Assembly: GCA_016432405.1 (NCBI GenBank)
Contig: CP066687.1
Span: forward strand, 219,040 to 283,039
Length of the DNA stretch: 64,000 nt
From: Candidatus Giovannonibacteria bacterium
GTDB taxonomy: Bacteria; Patescibacteriota; Minisyncoccia; UBA11713; 2-01-FULL-45-33
Reading direction: 5' to 3'
The notes below the pieces were generated by a model. That model was not told the DNA's origin. It saw only the letters and a list, made by a program, of their open reading frames with translations, and did not search any database. The position numbers and the translations under genes are program-made. This document shows positions 47,935 through 57,085 of this stretch, one piece after another (within the stretch, counting starts at the first letter, position 1; every line of letters begins with the position of its first letter).

Positions 47935-48868
47935 AGTATTGATTTGCGGGGGCGCCGGCTATGTCGGCGGACATCTCGCCGATTTGCTTATGGAAAAAAG
48001 ATACAACGTTGCCGTTTATGATAATCTTATCTACGAAGATCGCTATTTGAAAAATATAAATTTTATTTACGGAGATATCCGCGATAAAGAAAAATTGGGC
48101 CGGATTATAAACAATTTTGACATTGTTATTTGGCTGGCGGCTATAGTTGGGGATGAGGCGTGCGCGATTAATCCTACTGTTACCAGAGAAATTAATCTCT
48201 CCGCCGTTCAGTGGCTTACTAGAAATTATAAAGGCAAAATAGTTTATACTTCCACCTGCTCTGTTTACGGGAAAAACGACGGCTTGCTGGATGAATCGTC
48301 GGAGGTCAAGCCATTGTCGCATTACGCTGCAACCAAATTGAACGCAGAAAAAGAAATTATGGCGCGTTCAAACGACTATCTTATATTCAGGCTCGGCACT
48401 CTTTTTGGCGCAGGAGACAGGCACGCGCGGTTGAGATTTGATCTCGCCGTTAATTTGCTGACCCAAAGAGCCGCCGCGAATGAGCTCTTGACGGTTTTCG
48501 GCGGCGAGCAATGGAGACCGCTAATGCACGTCAAAGACGCCGCGGAGGGAATAGTGTTCGGAATAGAAAATAACCTGAACGGCCTGTTTAATTTAAGCGC
48601 CAAGAACTACAAGGTTTCTGAAATCGCGGATACGATAAAAAAGATAATTCCCGACGCAAAAGTTGAACACGATAATGTCACGTTTGAAGACTTGAGAAAT
48701 TATAAAGTTTCTTCTGCAAAGTTCATGTCATACGGATGGAAGCCGCGGTATAGTTTGGAAGACGGCGTGCGGGAAATTTACCAGCTTATCACGGCCGGCA
48801 GGATTCGCGACCCAAAAAACGCCATTTATTCTAATGGCCAATATTTAAAAAATGCAGAGCGAATTTAA
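47912..48868 (+). CDS. NAD-dependent epimerase/dehydratase (extended SDR)
   Basis: VLICGGAGYVGGHL; YAATK is the YxxxK motif; overlaps the upstream gene by 23 nt. Confidence 0.65.
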   Translation: MPSKNTTKVLICGGAGYVGGHLADLLMEKRYNVAVYDNLIYEDRYLKNINFIYGDIRDKEKLGRIINNFDIVIWLAAIVGDEACAINPTVTREINLSAVQWLTRNYKGKIVYTSTCSVYGKNDGLLDESSEVKPLSHYAATKLNAEKEIMARSNDYLIFRLGTLFGAGDRHARLRFDLAVNLLTQRAAANELLTVFGGEQWRPLMHVKDAAEGIVFGIENNLNGLFNLSAKNYKVSEIADTIKKIIPDAKVEHDNVTFEDLRNYKVSSAKFMSYGWKPRYSLEDGVREIYQLITAGRIRDPKNAIYSNGQYLKNAERI

Positions 48869-49889
48869 AAATAAGAATATTTTAGTCACTGGCGGCACAG
48901 GCTCAATCGGTTCTGAAATCGTCCGCCAGCTTTTGAAATTTAAGCCGAGAGTTGTCCGTATTTTTGCCAGGCACGAAGATCGGCACTACCAGCTGATGCA
49001 TGAATTCGGATTGGAAAACAACAAACTGCGTTTTGTTATCGGGGATATTCGCGACAAAGACCGCCTGCGAATGGCAATGGAAGGGGTTGACGTGGTTTTT
49101 CATGCCGCGGCTTTAAAACAAGTGGCAATGTGCGAATATAACCCTTTTGAAGCCGTGAAAACCAATATTATAGGCACGCAAAATATCATAGAAGTTGCGC
49201 GGGACCTTAACATACCTAAAGTTATCGGCATATCCACCGACAAGGTTGCCGAGCCAGAGGGGATTTTGGGCGTGTCAAAACTTATGGCTGAAAAATTATT
49301 TTTGGCTTCGTACTATTACAAAGGCGACAAGAAAACCAAATTCGCTTGCGTCAGATTCGGCAATGTTTTGGGCAGCCGCGGGAGCATTCTTCCTTTGCTA
49401 AAAAAGCAAATTTTAAGCAATGGCGCCGTGACCATCACCGATCCGCAGATGACGAGATTTGTTATGACAATTCCTCAAGCGGCCAATTTGGTGTTGGAGG
49501 CTGCCGGATTGATGCGGAGGCAGGAAATTTTTGTGCTTAAGATGCCGGCGGTCAAAGTTTTAGATTTGGTTAAAACCGCCGTCAGGCATTATGCGCCGCT
49601 TTTTGGCAAAAAAGAGCGGGATATAAAGGTCAATATTATCGGCAGGCGCGCCGGCGAGAAAATACATGAAAAATTGCTGGCCGACCATGAACTGCCGCGG
49701 GCGTTTGAGACCAAGGATATGTATATTTTGACTCCGCATGAAAAGGTTGTAGGGAAAGAATACAAAGAAAAGTATCCGGCAAAGTTGATAGCCGCAGAGA
49801 ATAAAAGTTTTTCTTCGGAATTTGCGCCAAAGCTTTCCGAAGACCGCCTTTCGGCGCTGGTCAAAGAGGCGGATTCACGCCAAATTTGA
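48852..49889 (+). CDS. UDP-N-acetylglucosamine 4,6-dehydratase, PseB/LegB/CapD family (Polysacc_synt_2)
   Basis: ILVTGGTGSIGSE...ISTDKVAEPEGILGVSKLMAEKLF matches the PseB ISTDKAxxPxNxYGxTK core; 345 aa. Confidence 0.7.
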   Translation: MQSEFKNKNILVTGGTGSIGSEIVRQLLKFKPRVVRIFARHEDRHYQLMHEFGLENNKLRFVIGDIRDKDRLRMAMEGVDVVFHAAALKQVAMCEYNPFEAVKTNIIGTQNIIEVARDLNIPKVIGISTDKVAEPEGILGVSKLMAEKLFLASYYYKGDKKTKFACVRFGNVLGSRGSILPLLKKQILSNGAVTITDPQMTRFVMTIPQAANLVLEAAGLMRRQEIFVLKMPAVKVLDLVKTAVRHYAPLFGKKERDIKVNIIGRRAGEKIHEKLLADHELPRAFETKDMYILTPHEKVVGKEYKEKYPAKLIAAENKSFSSEFAPKLSEDRLSALVKEADSRQI

Positions 49890-51688
49890 TGGTTGTAATG
49901 CAAAGCGCCGGCAAAAAGATTTTCGGTTTATTTAGATTATTCGGCGAAGCCTTCGGCGATTTTAAATGGGCGGTTGCGGCTTTCGCGCTTTTGAGTTTTT
50001 TAAGCAGTGTTTTGGAGGGCATCGGCATAAATGCTGTTATTCCTCTTTTTTCTTTTCTTAACAACGGCGCCGGCGGCACCGATATTATTTCGCGGATGAT
50101 TGGGAAGTTTTTTAATTTTTTTTATTTGCCGTTTACTTTGCAGTATTTGGTTTTGTTTATTGTCGTCGTTTTTGTTATAAAAGCCATCGTTTTTTTTGCG
50201 GCCAGTTTTATCGCGGCAAAAACAACCTCGGAGTTTGCCCGCAGGAAGCGCAGCTTGCTTTTTAGCCAAACCCTTTTCGCGGATTGGCCATATCTTACCA
50301 AACACAAACTTGGTTATTTGGATCAGATTTTAACAACTTACATCAATAACAGCTCCGCCCTGTTTTCCTACGTCAGCAGTTTGATTATTGTTGCCGCTAA
50401 TCTTTTAATTTACATTGTTTTGGCAGTCAATATATCGGCAACCGTCGCTTTCGCGGCATTTTTTCTGGCGTTGGCGTCCTTTTATGTTTTTAGGCCTCTT
50501 TTTAGAAAAAACGCAGCCGCGTCTTCGGAGATGAGCGCGATTTTTAAGGATGTGGCACATTTTATAAACGAGAGCATTTTGGGCATCAAAACAATTAAAT
50601 CCATCGAGGCCAAAGATAAAATTGCAGAGCGCGCTGACAATTATTTTGATCGGCTGAAGGAGCTTGATATAAGAATTACTCTGGCGTCCATATTAACCAG
50701 CGCGCTCATTCAGCCGCTAGCCCTTTTTTTTATAATGGCGGCGCTCCTTTATTTTTATATGTCGGATCAGGGTCTTAATATGGCATCTTTTGCGGTAATT
50801 GTCTATGCCATTAATAAAATTTTTACTCAAGCGCAACAGGGGCAATCTTTTTTCCACTCAGTCATTTCTTACGAGCCTTACTTGCGCGGATTAATGCATT
50901 ATGAGAACGAAATCCGCGGGCGCAAGGAAAAGGATTTAGGCGAGCGCGATTTTAATTTCCGGGATCGTTTGGAATTTAACAACGTCCATTTTACTTACGG
51001 CGCTTCTTACGGGCCGGTGCTTAATGGAATCAATTTTTTTATCAAAAAGGGGGAGATGGCCGGGCTTATTGGGCCTTCCGGCGTTGGCAAAACCACCATT
51101 GTTGACCTCATACTGCGCCTTTTGGAGCCGCAAAGAGGCGCAATTACTTTAGACGGTGTTGATATTTATAACCTTAAGCTCAAGGAGTGGCGAACCAGGG
51201 TCGGCTATGTTTCCCAGGATATTTTTTTGATGAATGACACCGTGGAAAATAATATAAAATTTTACGGAGAGAACGTAACTGATGATGATATGATTGAAGC
51301 GGCCAGAATGGCCAACATTTTTGATTTCATTGAATCTTTGCCCGAAAAATTTAAAACATTCGTTGGCGAGCGGGGCATTCAGCTTTCGGTTGGCCAGCGT
51401 CAGCGCATAGCCCTGGCGAGAGTTTTAGCCAGACATCCAGAAATTTTACTTTTGGACGAGGCCACCAGTTCTTTGGATAACGAATCCGAAATTTTAATTC
51501 AAAAATCAATTGAGGGTTTGAGGGGCAAAATAACCGTGCTGGCCATTGCTCACCGCTTGTCCACGGTTAAAGCTTCTGATAAGCTTATAGCATTGGATGC
51601 CGGGAAAATTATTGAAGAAGGGTCTCCGGCAATGCTTCTCAAAAATGAGGATTCTTATTTCTTCAAAACTTATAATTTAAGAGCATAA
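49889..51688 (+). CDS. ABC exporter, fused permease and ATPase (MsbA/PglK-like type I exporter)
   Basis: Six N-terminal TM helices. Walker A GPSGVGKTT, signature LSVGQRQR and Walker B LLLDEATSSLD. I chose the ATG at 49889, which overlaps the upstream stop. Confidence 0.75.
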   Translation: MVVMQSAGKKIFGLFRLFGEAFGDFKWAVAAFALLSFLSSVLEGIGINAVIPLFSFLNNGAGGTDIISRMIGKFFNFFYLPFTLQYLVLFIVVVFVIKAIVFFAASFIAAKTTSEFARRKRSLLFSQTLFADWPYLTKHKLGYLDQILTTYINNSSALFSYVSSLIIVAANLLIYIVLAVNISATVAFAAFFLALASFYVFRPLFRKNAAASSEMSAIFKDVAHFINESILGIKTIKSIEAKDKIAERADNYFDRLKELDIRITLASILTSALIQPLALFFIMAALLYFYMSDQGLNMASFAVIVYAINKIFTQAQQGQSFFHSVISYEPYLRGLMHYENEIRGRKEKDLGERDFNFRDRLEFNNVHFTYGASYGPVLNGINFFIKKGEMAGLIGPSGVGKTTIVDLILRLLEPQRGAITLDGVDIYNLKLKEWRTRVGYVSQDIFLMNDTVENNIKFYGENVTDDDMIEAARMANIFDFIESLPEKFKTFVGERGIQLSVGQRQRIALARVLARHPEILLLDEATSSLDNESEILIQKSIEGLRGKITVLAIAHRLSTVKASDKLIALDAGKIIEEGSPAMLLKNEDSYFFKTYNLRA

Positions 51689-51689
51689 C

Positions 51690-53204
51690 ATGAGACGATT
51701 ATTTAACTTGCCTATCCACCAATTTTTATTCGCGATATTCCCGGTCCTTTCCCTTTTTTTTCACAATAGAGACGAGGTTTCATACTACGAAGCCGTGCTC
51801 CCTTTTTTCGCCTCCGCCGCCGGCGCGCTGTTATTCTTTCTATTTTTAAGTTTTGTTATTAAGAATTACAAAAAAGCCGGAATCATAACGTCATTATTTA
51901 TTTTGTTCTTCTTTTCTTTCGGGGCCGCTTACGGATATTTTTTCCTCGGCTTTGCGCGGACAAGATATATTCTTGCTTTGTGGCTCCTATTATTCTTTTT
52001 GAGCGCTTACTTTATCTGGAAAACAAAGAAGGATTTGGATGACGTGACGCGCGCCCTGAATATCGCGAGCATTGTCCTTATGGCGATGCCGCTCGGCGCG
52101 CTCCTTTGGTACGAGTCAAGGATTGCGTTTTCGGCCGTGTCCGGAGATCCTAAGGCGCGCCAAAATGAAAGTCGGGCCGCGTATCCGGAATACAATAGCG
52201 GGCGAGGCGCGCCCGATATTTATTACATCGTCTTGGACGCGTACGCGAACGAAAAAACCCTTAAAGAACTCTATGGCTACGACAACAAAGAATTTATAGA
52301 TTATCTTACTGGTATGGGATTTCACGTTGTGCGCGAGAGCAGAAGCAATTACCCGCACACTTCATTGTCACTGGCGTCCACATTGAATATGAAATATGTT
52401 AATTATCTTGTTGAGGAATATAATGGAGACTATCCAAAAATTGCCAACGCGCTAAAACAATTAATAGAAGATAGCGAGGTCGCGCGTATATTAAAACACT
52501 ACGGCTATTCCGTTGTGCATTTAAGCTCCGGCTGGGGAGAAACAAATTACAACCGGCGCGCCGATTTGAGTTTCCGGGTTGACAATTCAATGGACCCGTT
52601 TTCAATCTTGGTTCTGAAAACAACTGTTTTGGGTCCTGTATACCAAAGGTATTTCACATATATTCAGCGAGAAAGGGTTCTGTATACTTTTAAAACGTTG
52701 CGCGAAATGCCTCGCCTGCCGGGCCCTAAATTCATTTTTGCCCACATATTGTCGCCGCACCCGCCGTTTGTGTTTAAGCAGAATGGTGAAGAAGTGCCGA
52801 ATGGCAAATATATGCTGGAGGGAGATATTTGGAAGCAAAAAGAGCAATATCTTGACCAATTAATCTTTATAAATCAAGTAGTAAAAGAAACGCTTCGGGA
52901 AATAATATCGGCGGACAGCGATGCCATTATTTTAATACAGTCGGATCATGGCACCTCAACGCTTGACAAACAGGACGCCTCCGCCGCGGCTTTTTTTCAA
53001 GAGAGGATGAGAAATTTTAACGCGTACCGTCTCCCGGGAATCAGCGGCGTTGAAGAGCGCGCGACCAATGTAAATACGTTCAGGATAATTCTTAACGAGC
53101 AATTCGGCTTCGATTTTGATTTCTTGGAAGACCGGAGTTACTATTCTGATAGCGCGACTGCTTATGACTTGATTGACGTGACTGACAAAGCCGATTACCA
53201 TTAA
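51690..53204 (+). CDS. Membrane-anchored sulfatase/alkaline-phosphatase superfamily protein (LtaS/phospho-alcohol transferase-like)
   Basis: Five N-terminal TM helices followed by a soluble domain carrying YYIVLDAY and LIQSDHG motifs; 504 aa. Confidence 0.5.
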   Translation: MRRLFNLPIHQFLFAIFPVLSLFFHNRDEVSYYEAVLPFFASAAGALLFFLFLSFVIKNYKKAGIITSLFILFFFSFGAAYGYFFLGFARTRYILALWLLLFFLSAYFIWKTKKDLDDVTRALNIASIVLMAMPLGALLWYESRIAFSAVSGDPKARQNESRAAYPEYNSGRGAPDIYYIVLDAYANEKTLKELYGYDNKEFIDYLTGMGFHVVRESRSNYPHTSLSLASTLNMKYVNYLVEEYNGDYPKIANALKQLIEDSEVARILKHYGYSVVHLSSGWGETNYNRRADLSFRVDNSMDPFSILVLKTTVLGPVYQRYFTYIQRERVLYTFKTLREMPRLPGPKFIFAHILSPHPPFVFKQNGEEVPNGKYMLEGDIWKQKEQYLDQLIFINQVVKETLREIISADSDAIILIQSDHGTSTLDKQDASAAAFFQERMRNFNAYRLPGISGVEERATNVNTFRIILNEQFGFDFDFLEDRSYYSDSATAYDLIDVTDKADYH

Positions 53205-53223
53205 AGTATCTCGCTAAGGTATT

Positions 53224-53469
53224 ATGAAATATTATAAAACAGCGTTGTCCGGCATTTTGCTTTTAGGCCTTGTTTTTCCGGTTGTTGCTTACGCCTATTT
53301 GGATCCGGGCACCGGAAGCTACATTCTTGGAATAATTATCGCCCTTTTTGCGGGCGTTGCCGTCGCCTTCAGGGTTGTTTTGCGCAAAATTATAATTTTT
53401 CTCGGCAGTATTTTTTCAAAAGCAGCGCAAACGAAAAAAAAGGACGACGGGATAAACGGAAATGCTTGA
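53224..53469 (+). CDS. Small hypothetical membrane protein
   Basis: Two hydrophobic helices; 81 aa; no recognisable motif. Confidence 0.3.
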   Translation: MKYYKTALSGILLLGLVFPVVAYAYLDPGTGSYILGIIIALFAGVAVAFRVVLRKIIIFLGSIFSKAAQTKKKDDGINGNA

Positions 53470-54625
53470 GTTAGTAAGAGAAATAAAAGATTTCTGCCGT
53501 TTTTTTTGGAGAACCCCCGGAGTAAAAAGGGGAATAGTTTTTTACGCCGAAGACGGCGGTTTTTATCCCTACTTTGAAGGATTGATTAATGAGCTTATAA
53601 GCAACTACAAACAGGATATTTATTATATTACTTCCGGACGTGGCGACCCCGTGTTAAAAAGTCATCCTTTTAAACTAAAGCCGTTTTATTTAAATAAACT
53701 TCTGCCCATTTTTATGCCCCTTGTTAAATGCGGGGTTTTTGCGGCAACGCTGAATGACCTGCACCGGCTGCACATTAAAAGGTCTATCTACGACGTCCAT
53801 TATGTCTATGTTCCGCACACGCTCGTGAGTACGCATATGGTTTTTAGATTCGGCGCTCTTGATTATTATGATTCAATATTGTGCGCCGGGCCGCGCCACA
53901 TGGAAGAAATTATAAAAAGCGAGCAACTGTACGGCTTAAAACCGAAAGAGCTGGTTAACGCCGGATATTACCGCTTGGAGCGGATTTTTAAAAAATATCA
54001 TGCGCGCGGCGCATCCGCCGACGTCCGCGCCGGCGGCAAAAAAACCGTTCTTGTCGCGCCGTCTTACGGAAAAAATAACGTGATTGAAAGCTGCGGAGAA
54101 AAACTTGCCGGCATGCTTTTAAAAAGCGGATATAAAGTTGTAGTCAGGCCGCATCCCGAGACCACCAAACGATTCCCCGCGTTGATAAACCGTCTGCGCG
54201 AGCGGTTTTTTGCGAACCCCGATTTCTTGATAGATGAATCCATTGAGTCAGATGAGCAAACGATCAGAGCCGATGTTTTGGTGTCGGATTATTCCGGCAT
54301 TTCTCTGGAATACGCTTTTGGAACGGAGAGGCCGGTATTGTTTATTGACGTGCCGCTTAGAGTCAACAATCCAAGATATAAAGAGTTGGGTTTGGAGCCG
54401 ATAGAAATTTCATTGCGCGGTGAAATCGGGCTGGTTTTATCGCCGGAGAAAATAGATTTGGCTCCGGATTTTGTTTTAAAACTGATAGCCGAAAAAGAAA
54501 AATACAGGGAAAAAATAATTGGTTTAAGGCAAAAATATATTTATTCTTTCGGCCGCTCCTCTGAAATAGGGGCCGAGCACATAATGTCTCATTTATTCGC
54601 GCGGCGCGAAAACGACACCTTGTAG
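53462..54625 (+). CDS. CDP-glycerol glycerophosphotransferase family protein (TagB/TagF-like)
   Basis: GVFAATLND...YVYVPHT...VSDYSGISLEYAF matches the C-terminal TagF catalytic region; 387 aa; tagD lies nearby. Confidence 0.5.
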   Translation: MLELVREIKDFCRFFWRTPGVKRGIVFYAEDGGFYPYFEGLINELISNYKQDIYYITSGRGDPVLKSHPFKLKPFYLNKLLPIFMPLVKCGVFAATLNDLHRLHIKRSIYDVHYVYVPHTLVSTHMVFRFGALDYYDSILCAGPRHMEEIIKSEQLYGLKPKELVNAGYYRLERIFKKYHARGASADVRAGGKKTVLVAPSYGKNNVIESCGEKLAGMLLKSGYKVVVRPHPETTKRFPALINRLRERFFANPDFLIDESIESDEQTIRADVLVSDYSGISLEYAFGTERPVLFIDVPLRVNNPRYKELGLEPIEISLRGEIGLVLSPEKIDLAPDFVLKLIAEKEKYREKIIGLRQKYIYSFGRSSEIGAEHIMSHLFARRENDTL

Positions 54626-55132
54626 TTCCAGGATCTTTACTCCTTTTTCTCTGCAGGTTTTCCTTGCCCTTTCAACAAGTTCTTCAAAGAGCTTATTATC
54701 AGCGAGGACATTAACATAAAGGTCGTCTTTATCAAACATAATATGCGTTGCGAGAATGCTGTCTATAATCTCGGCGAGTTTTTCAACGCCCGCTTTCGTT
54801 TCAATTTTCGGCACCAGATTTATGTTCCCGGGAAGGCGGTTTTTGATTGCCGCAATTGCCAAGGGCGTTTCAACGTTTGACACGGCGAAATGTTTAATTT
54901 GCTTGTAGCGCGGAACAAGCTCCAAGACATCGTCCAAAGAAATTGTCGGGAGAGGCGGTTTTGACCGTCCAGAAGGATAATCAAGATAAATATCGCCCGC
55001 GGTTTTATTGAGTAAATCCTCAAGCTCGCTTTTTTCCCGCAGCCACGCGACGTTAACGCGCGTCACCGCGCTTTCTCCGCGGAGAGATTCTACCGCGCCG
55101 TTTTTGAACAGGTGGTGAGAAACAATAAACAT
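54593..55132 (-). CDS. Hypothetical protein with an HpcH/HpaI-aldolase or pyruvate-kinase-like barrel motif
   Basis: LVPKIETKAGVEKLAEI...MFDKDDL resembles the metal-binding motif of the HpcH/PK TIM-barrel family; at 179 aa it is shorter than typical members. Confidence 0.25.
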   Translation of the reverse strand: MFIVSHHLFKNGAVESLRGESAVTRVNVAWLREKSELEDLLNKTAGDIYLDYPSGRSKPPLPTISLDDVLELVPRYKQIKHFAVSNVETPLAIAAIKNRLPGNINLVPKIETKAGVEKLAEIIDSILATHIMFDKDDLYVNVLADNKLFEELVERARKTCREKGVKILELQGVVFAPRE

Positions 55133-55133
55133 A

Positions 55134-55562
55134 TTAACTTTTCTTTATGCGTTTTATAAGGTCGCTTGTTGAGATGCCGTCATGATAGTCAAGGCGCACG
55201 ACGGAGCCGCCAATGGAAAGCATCGTTTCTTCTCCCGGCATAATTTTATTGCTTTTGTCCCATCCGGCGCCCGGCCCTTTGGCTAAAATGTGGGGTTTGT
55301 GAAGAAGTATGTTTTTGTCTGGCTTTAATTCGTCTTGCACAACCACTTCGTCAACATAAACGCAGTGCTTGAGGACTTCAATGCGGTGCTTGAGCGTTAT
55401 TGCTGGTTTTCGCTTAAAACTTTCCGCGACGTCGTCTGTAAAAAGCCCGACTATAAGATGGTCGCCAAGCGCCTTCGCTTCTCTTAAAAGCTTCACATGG
55501 CCGCTGTGAAATAAATCAAAGACGCCGTAAGTATAAACTCGTTTTTTACGTTTTTTCGCCAT
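55134..55562 (-). CDS. tagD: Glycerol-3-phosphate cytidylyltransferase
   Basis: YTYGVFDLFHSGHVKLLREAKALGD is the cytidylyltransferase HxGH signature; 142 aa. Confidence 0.8.
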   Translation of the reverse strand: MAKKRKKRVYTYGVFDLFHSGHVKLLREAKALGDHLIVGLFTDDVAESFKRKPAITLKHRIEVLKHCVYVDEVVVQDELKPDKNILLHKPHILAKGPGAGWDKSNKIMPGEETMLSIGGSVVRLDYHDGISTSDLIKRIKKS

Positions 55563-55630
55563 TATGTAGAATAATATACCTTATTAGTCGCGGCGTTGCA
55601 AGATGCCGGCGGCAAAGATACAATAATTCA

Positions 55631-57085
55631 ATGAGGATATTTTTAATGTCATGGTCGGGCAAGGAAGTCGGGATGATAGAAATCGTAAAGCGGCTCAAAG
55701 AAGGTGGCCACGAAATTGTTTATTGGGTTTGTGATTTTGGCAAAGAGGCGGATTATAAAACTTTTCCAGGCACGATTTTTCACGACCACTACGAAGCAAT
55801 AGCGGGCAAGCCGGCCCCGGGCGTTAACGCCGAAGAGTTCCCTTCGGTCGGACGGGACGCAATCCAGCAATTTTACGCCACCGAGTCGGTTGTTTTAACC
55901 ATGATGAACAAGAGGTTGGGACACTTAGCAATCAACGAGAGGAAGCATTTGTATTATCATATTTTGCAGTACTGGCGCGGAGTATTTGATAAATATAACC
56001 CGGATGCGATTCTTTTTCTTTCCGCGCCGCATGCGCTTTATGATTACATTGTTTACGCGCTGGCTAAAAGCAGAAATGTTAAAACGCTGGTGGTTGAGGT
56101 TTCGGTAGTGAACGATCGGCTGCTGCTTTATGAAGATTTTAAAGACGGGCATCCGTCGCTTAAACCGCAGGTTTGGAAAAATCAATCGGGTAAATTTAGC
56201 GTCGCGAATTTAAGCGAGGATTTGCGGGATTACTATTCTAAACACAGAAAGTTGTCTCAAAGCCCCGAGGACATTTCGGATTTTAGAGATGCGACATATA
56301 AGGAAATTAATGTTTTTTTAAAAGGAAGATTTGGCGCAGCGCATGCCTTTAAAGAACGGCTGCGGCTGATTGTGAATAGCGCCAAAGACCTTTCTTTGCC
56401 TAAAAAATCCATAAGGTTTTTTATCAACAGGCTTGGCCCCAATATGAAAAAAGAATATTTATCAGTTCAATCTCCTCCGGATTTCAGCAGAAATTTTGTT
56501 TATGTTCCGCTTCACACGCAACCAGAGCAAAACACCGTCACCCAGGGAGATGTTTTTGTAGATCAGCTTTTAATGCTGGAAATTTTAGCGGCGTCTTTGC
56601 CGAAGGGTTGGCTAATTTATGTCAAGGAACACCCTTTTCAGTGGTTGCCTCGCGGCCCGGCATTTTTTAACGATCGCCCGCGGGGTTATTATAAATCTAT
56701 TGCTGCCCTGAAAAACGCGAGAATAATGCCGATTGGAACGAACACGTTTGAGCTGATTCATTATGCTAAAGCGGCGGCCGCGGTTACCGGAACCGCCGCG
56801 TGGGAAGCAGTAATGAGGTCAAAACCCGCTTTGCTTTTTGGGCATGTTTGGTTTCAAAATAGCCCCGGGGTTTTTCGGGTGGATAGCGTTGAATCCTGCC
56901 GCCGGGCTTTTGCTGAAATTGAAACTTGGCGCGGATTTGATGAAGCCGAACTAATCAAGTTTTTAACGGCCTTTGATAAAGCCAGTTTTCGCGGCTACAC
57001 CGACCAGGAATACGCAGCATGCAGTGATTTGAGCAGGGAAGAAAATATAAACAATTTTTTACGCGCCATATATGAACAGCTATGA
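55631..57085 (+). CDS. Capsule polysaccharide biosynthesis protein family (KpsS/KpsC-like), second copy
   Basis: VYVPLHTQPEQNT resembles the Capsule_synth conserved core; similar in size to 30589..32100; 484 aa. Confidence 0.4.
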   Translation: MRIFLMSWSGKEVGMIEIVKRLKEGGHEIVYWVCDFGKEADYKTFPGTIFHDHYEAIAGKPAPGVNAEEFPSVGRDAIQQFYATESVVLTMMNKRLGHLAINERKHLYYHILQYWRGVFDKYNPDAILFLSAPHALYDYIVYALAKSRNVKTLVVEVSVVNDRLLLYEDFKDGHPSLKPQVWKNQSGKFSVANLSEDLRDYYSKHRKLSQSPEDISDFRDATYKEINVFLKGRFGAAHAFKERLRLIVNSAKDLSLPKKSIRFFINRLGPNMKKEYLSVQSPPDFSRNFVYVPLHTQPEQNTVTQGDVFVDQLLMLEILAASLPKGWLIYVKEHPFQWLPRGPAFFNDRPRGYYKSIAALKNARIMPIGTNTFELIHYAKAAAAVTGTAAWEAVMRSKPALLFGHVWFQNSPGVFRVDSVESCRRAFAEIETWRGFDEAELIKFLTAFDKASFRGYTDQEYAACSDLSREENINNFLRAIYEQL

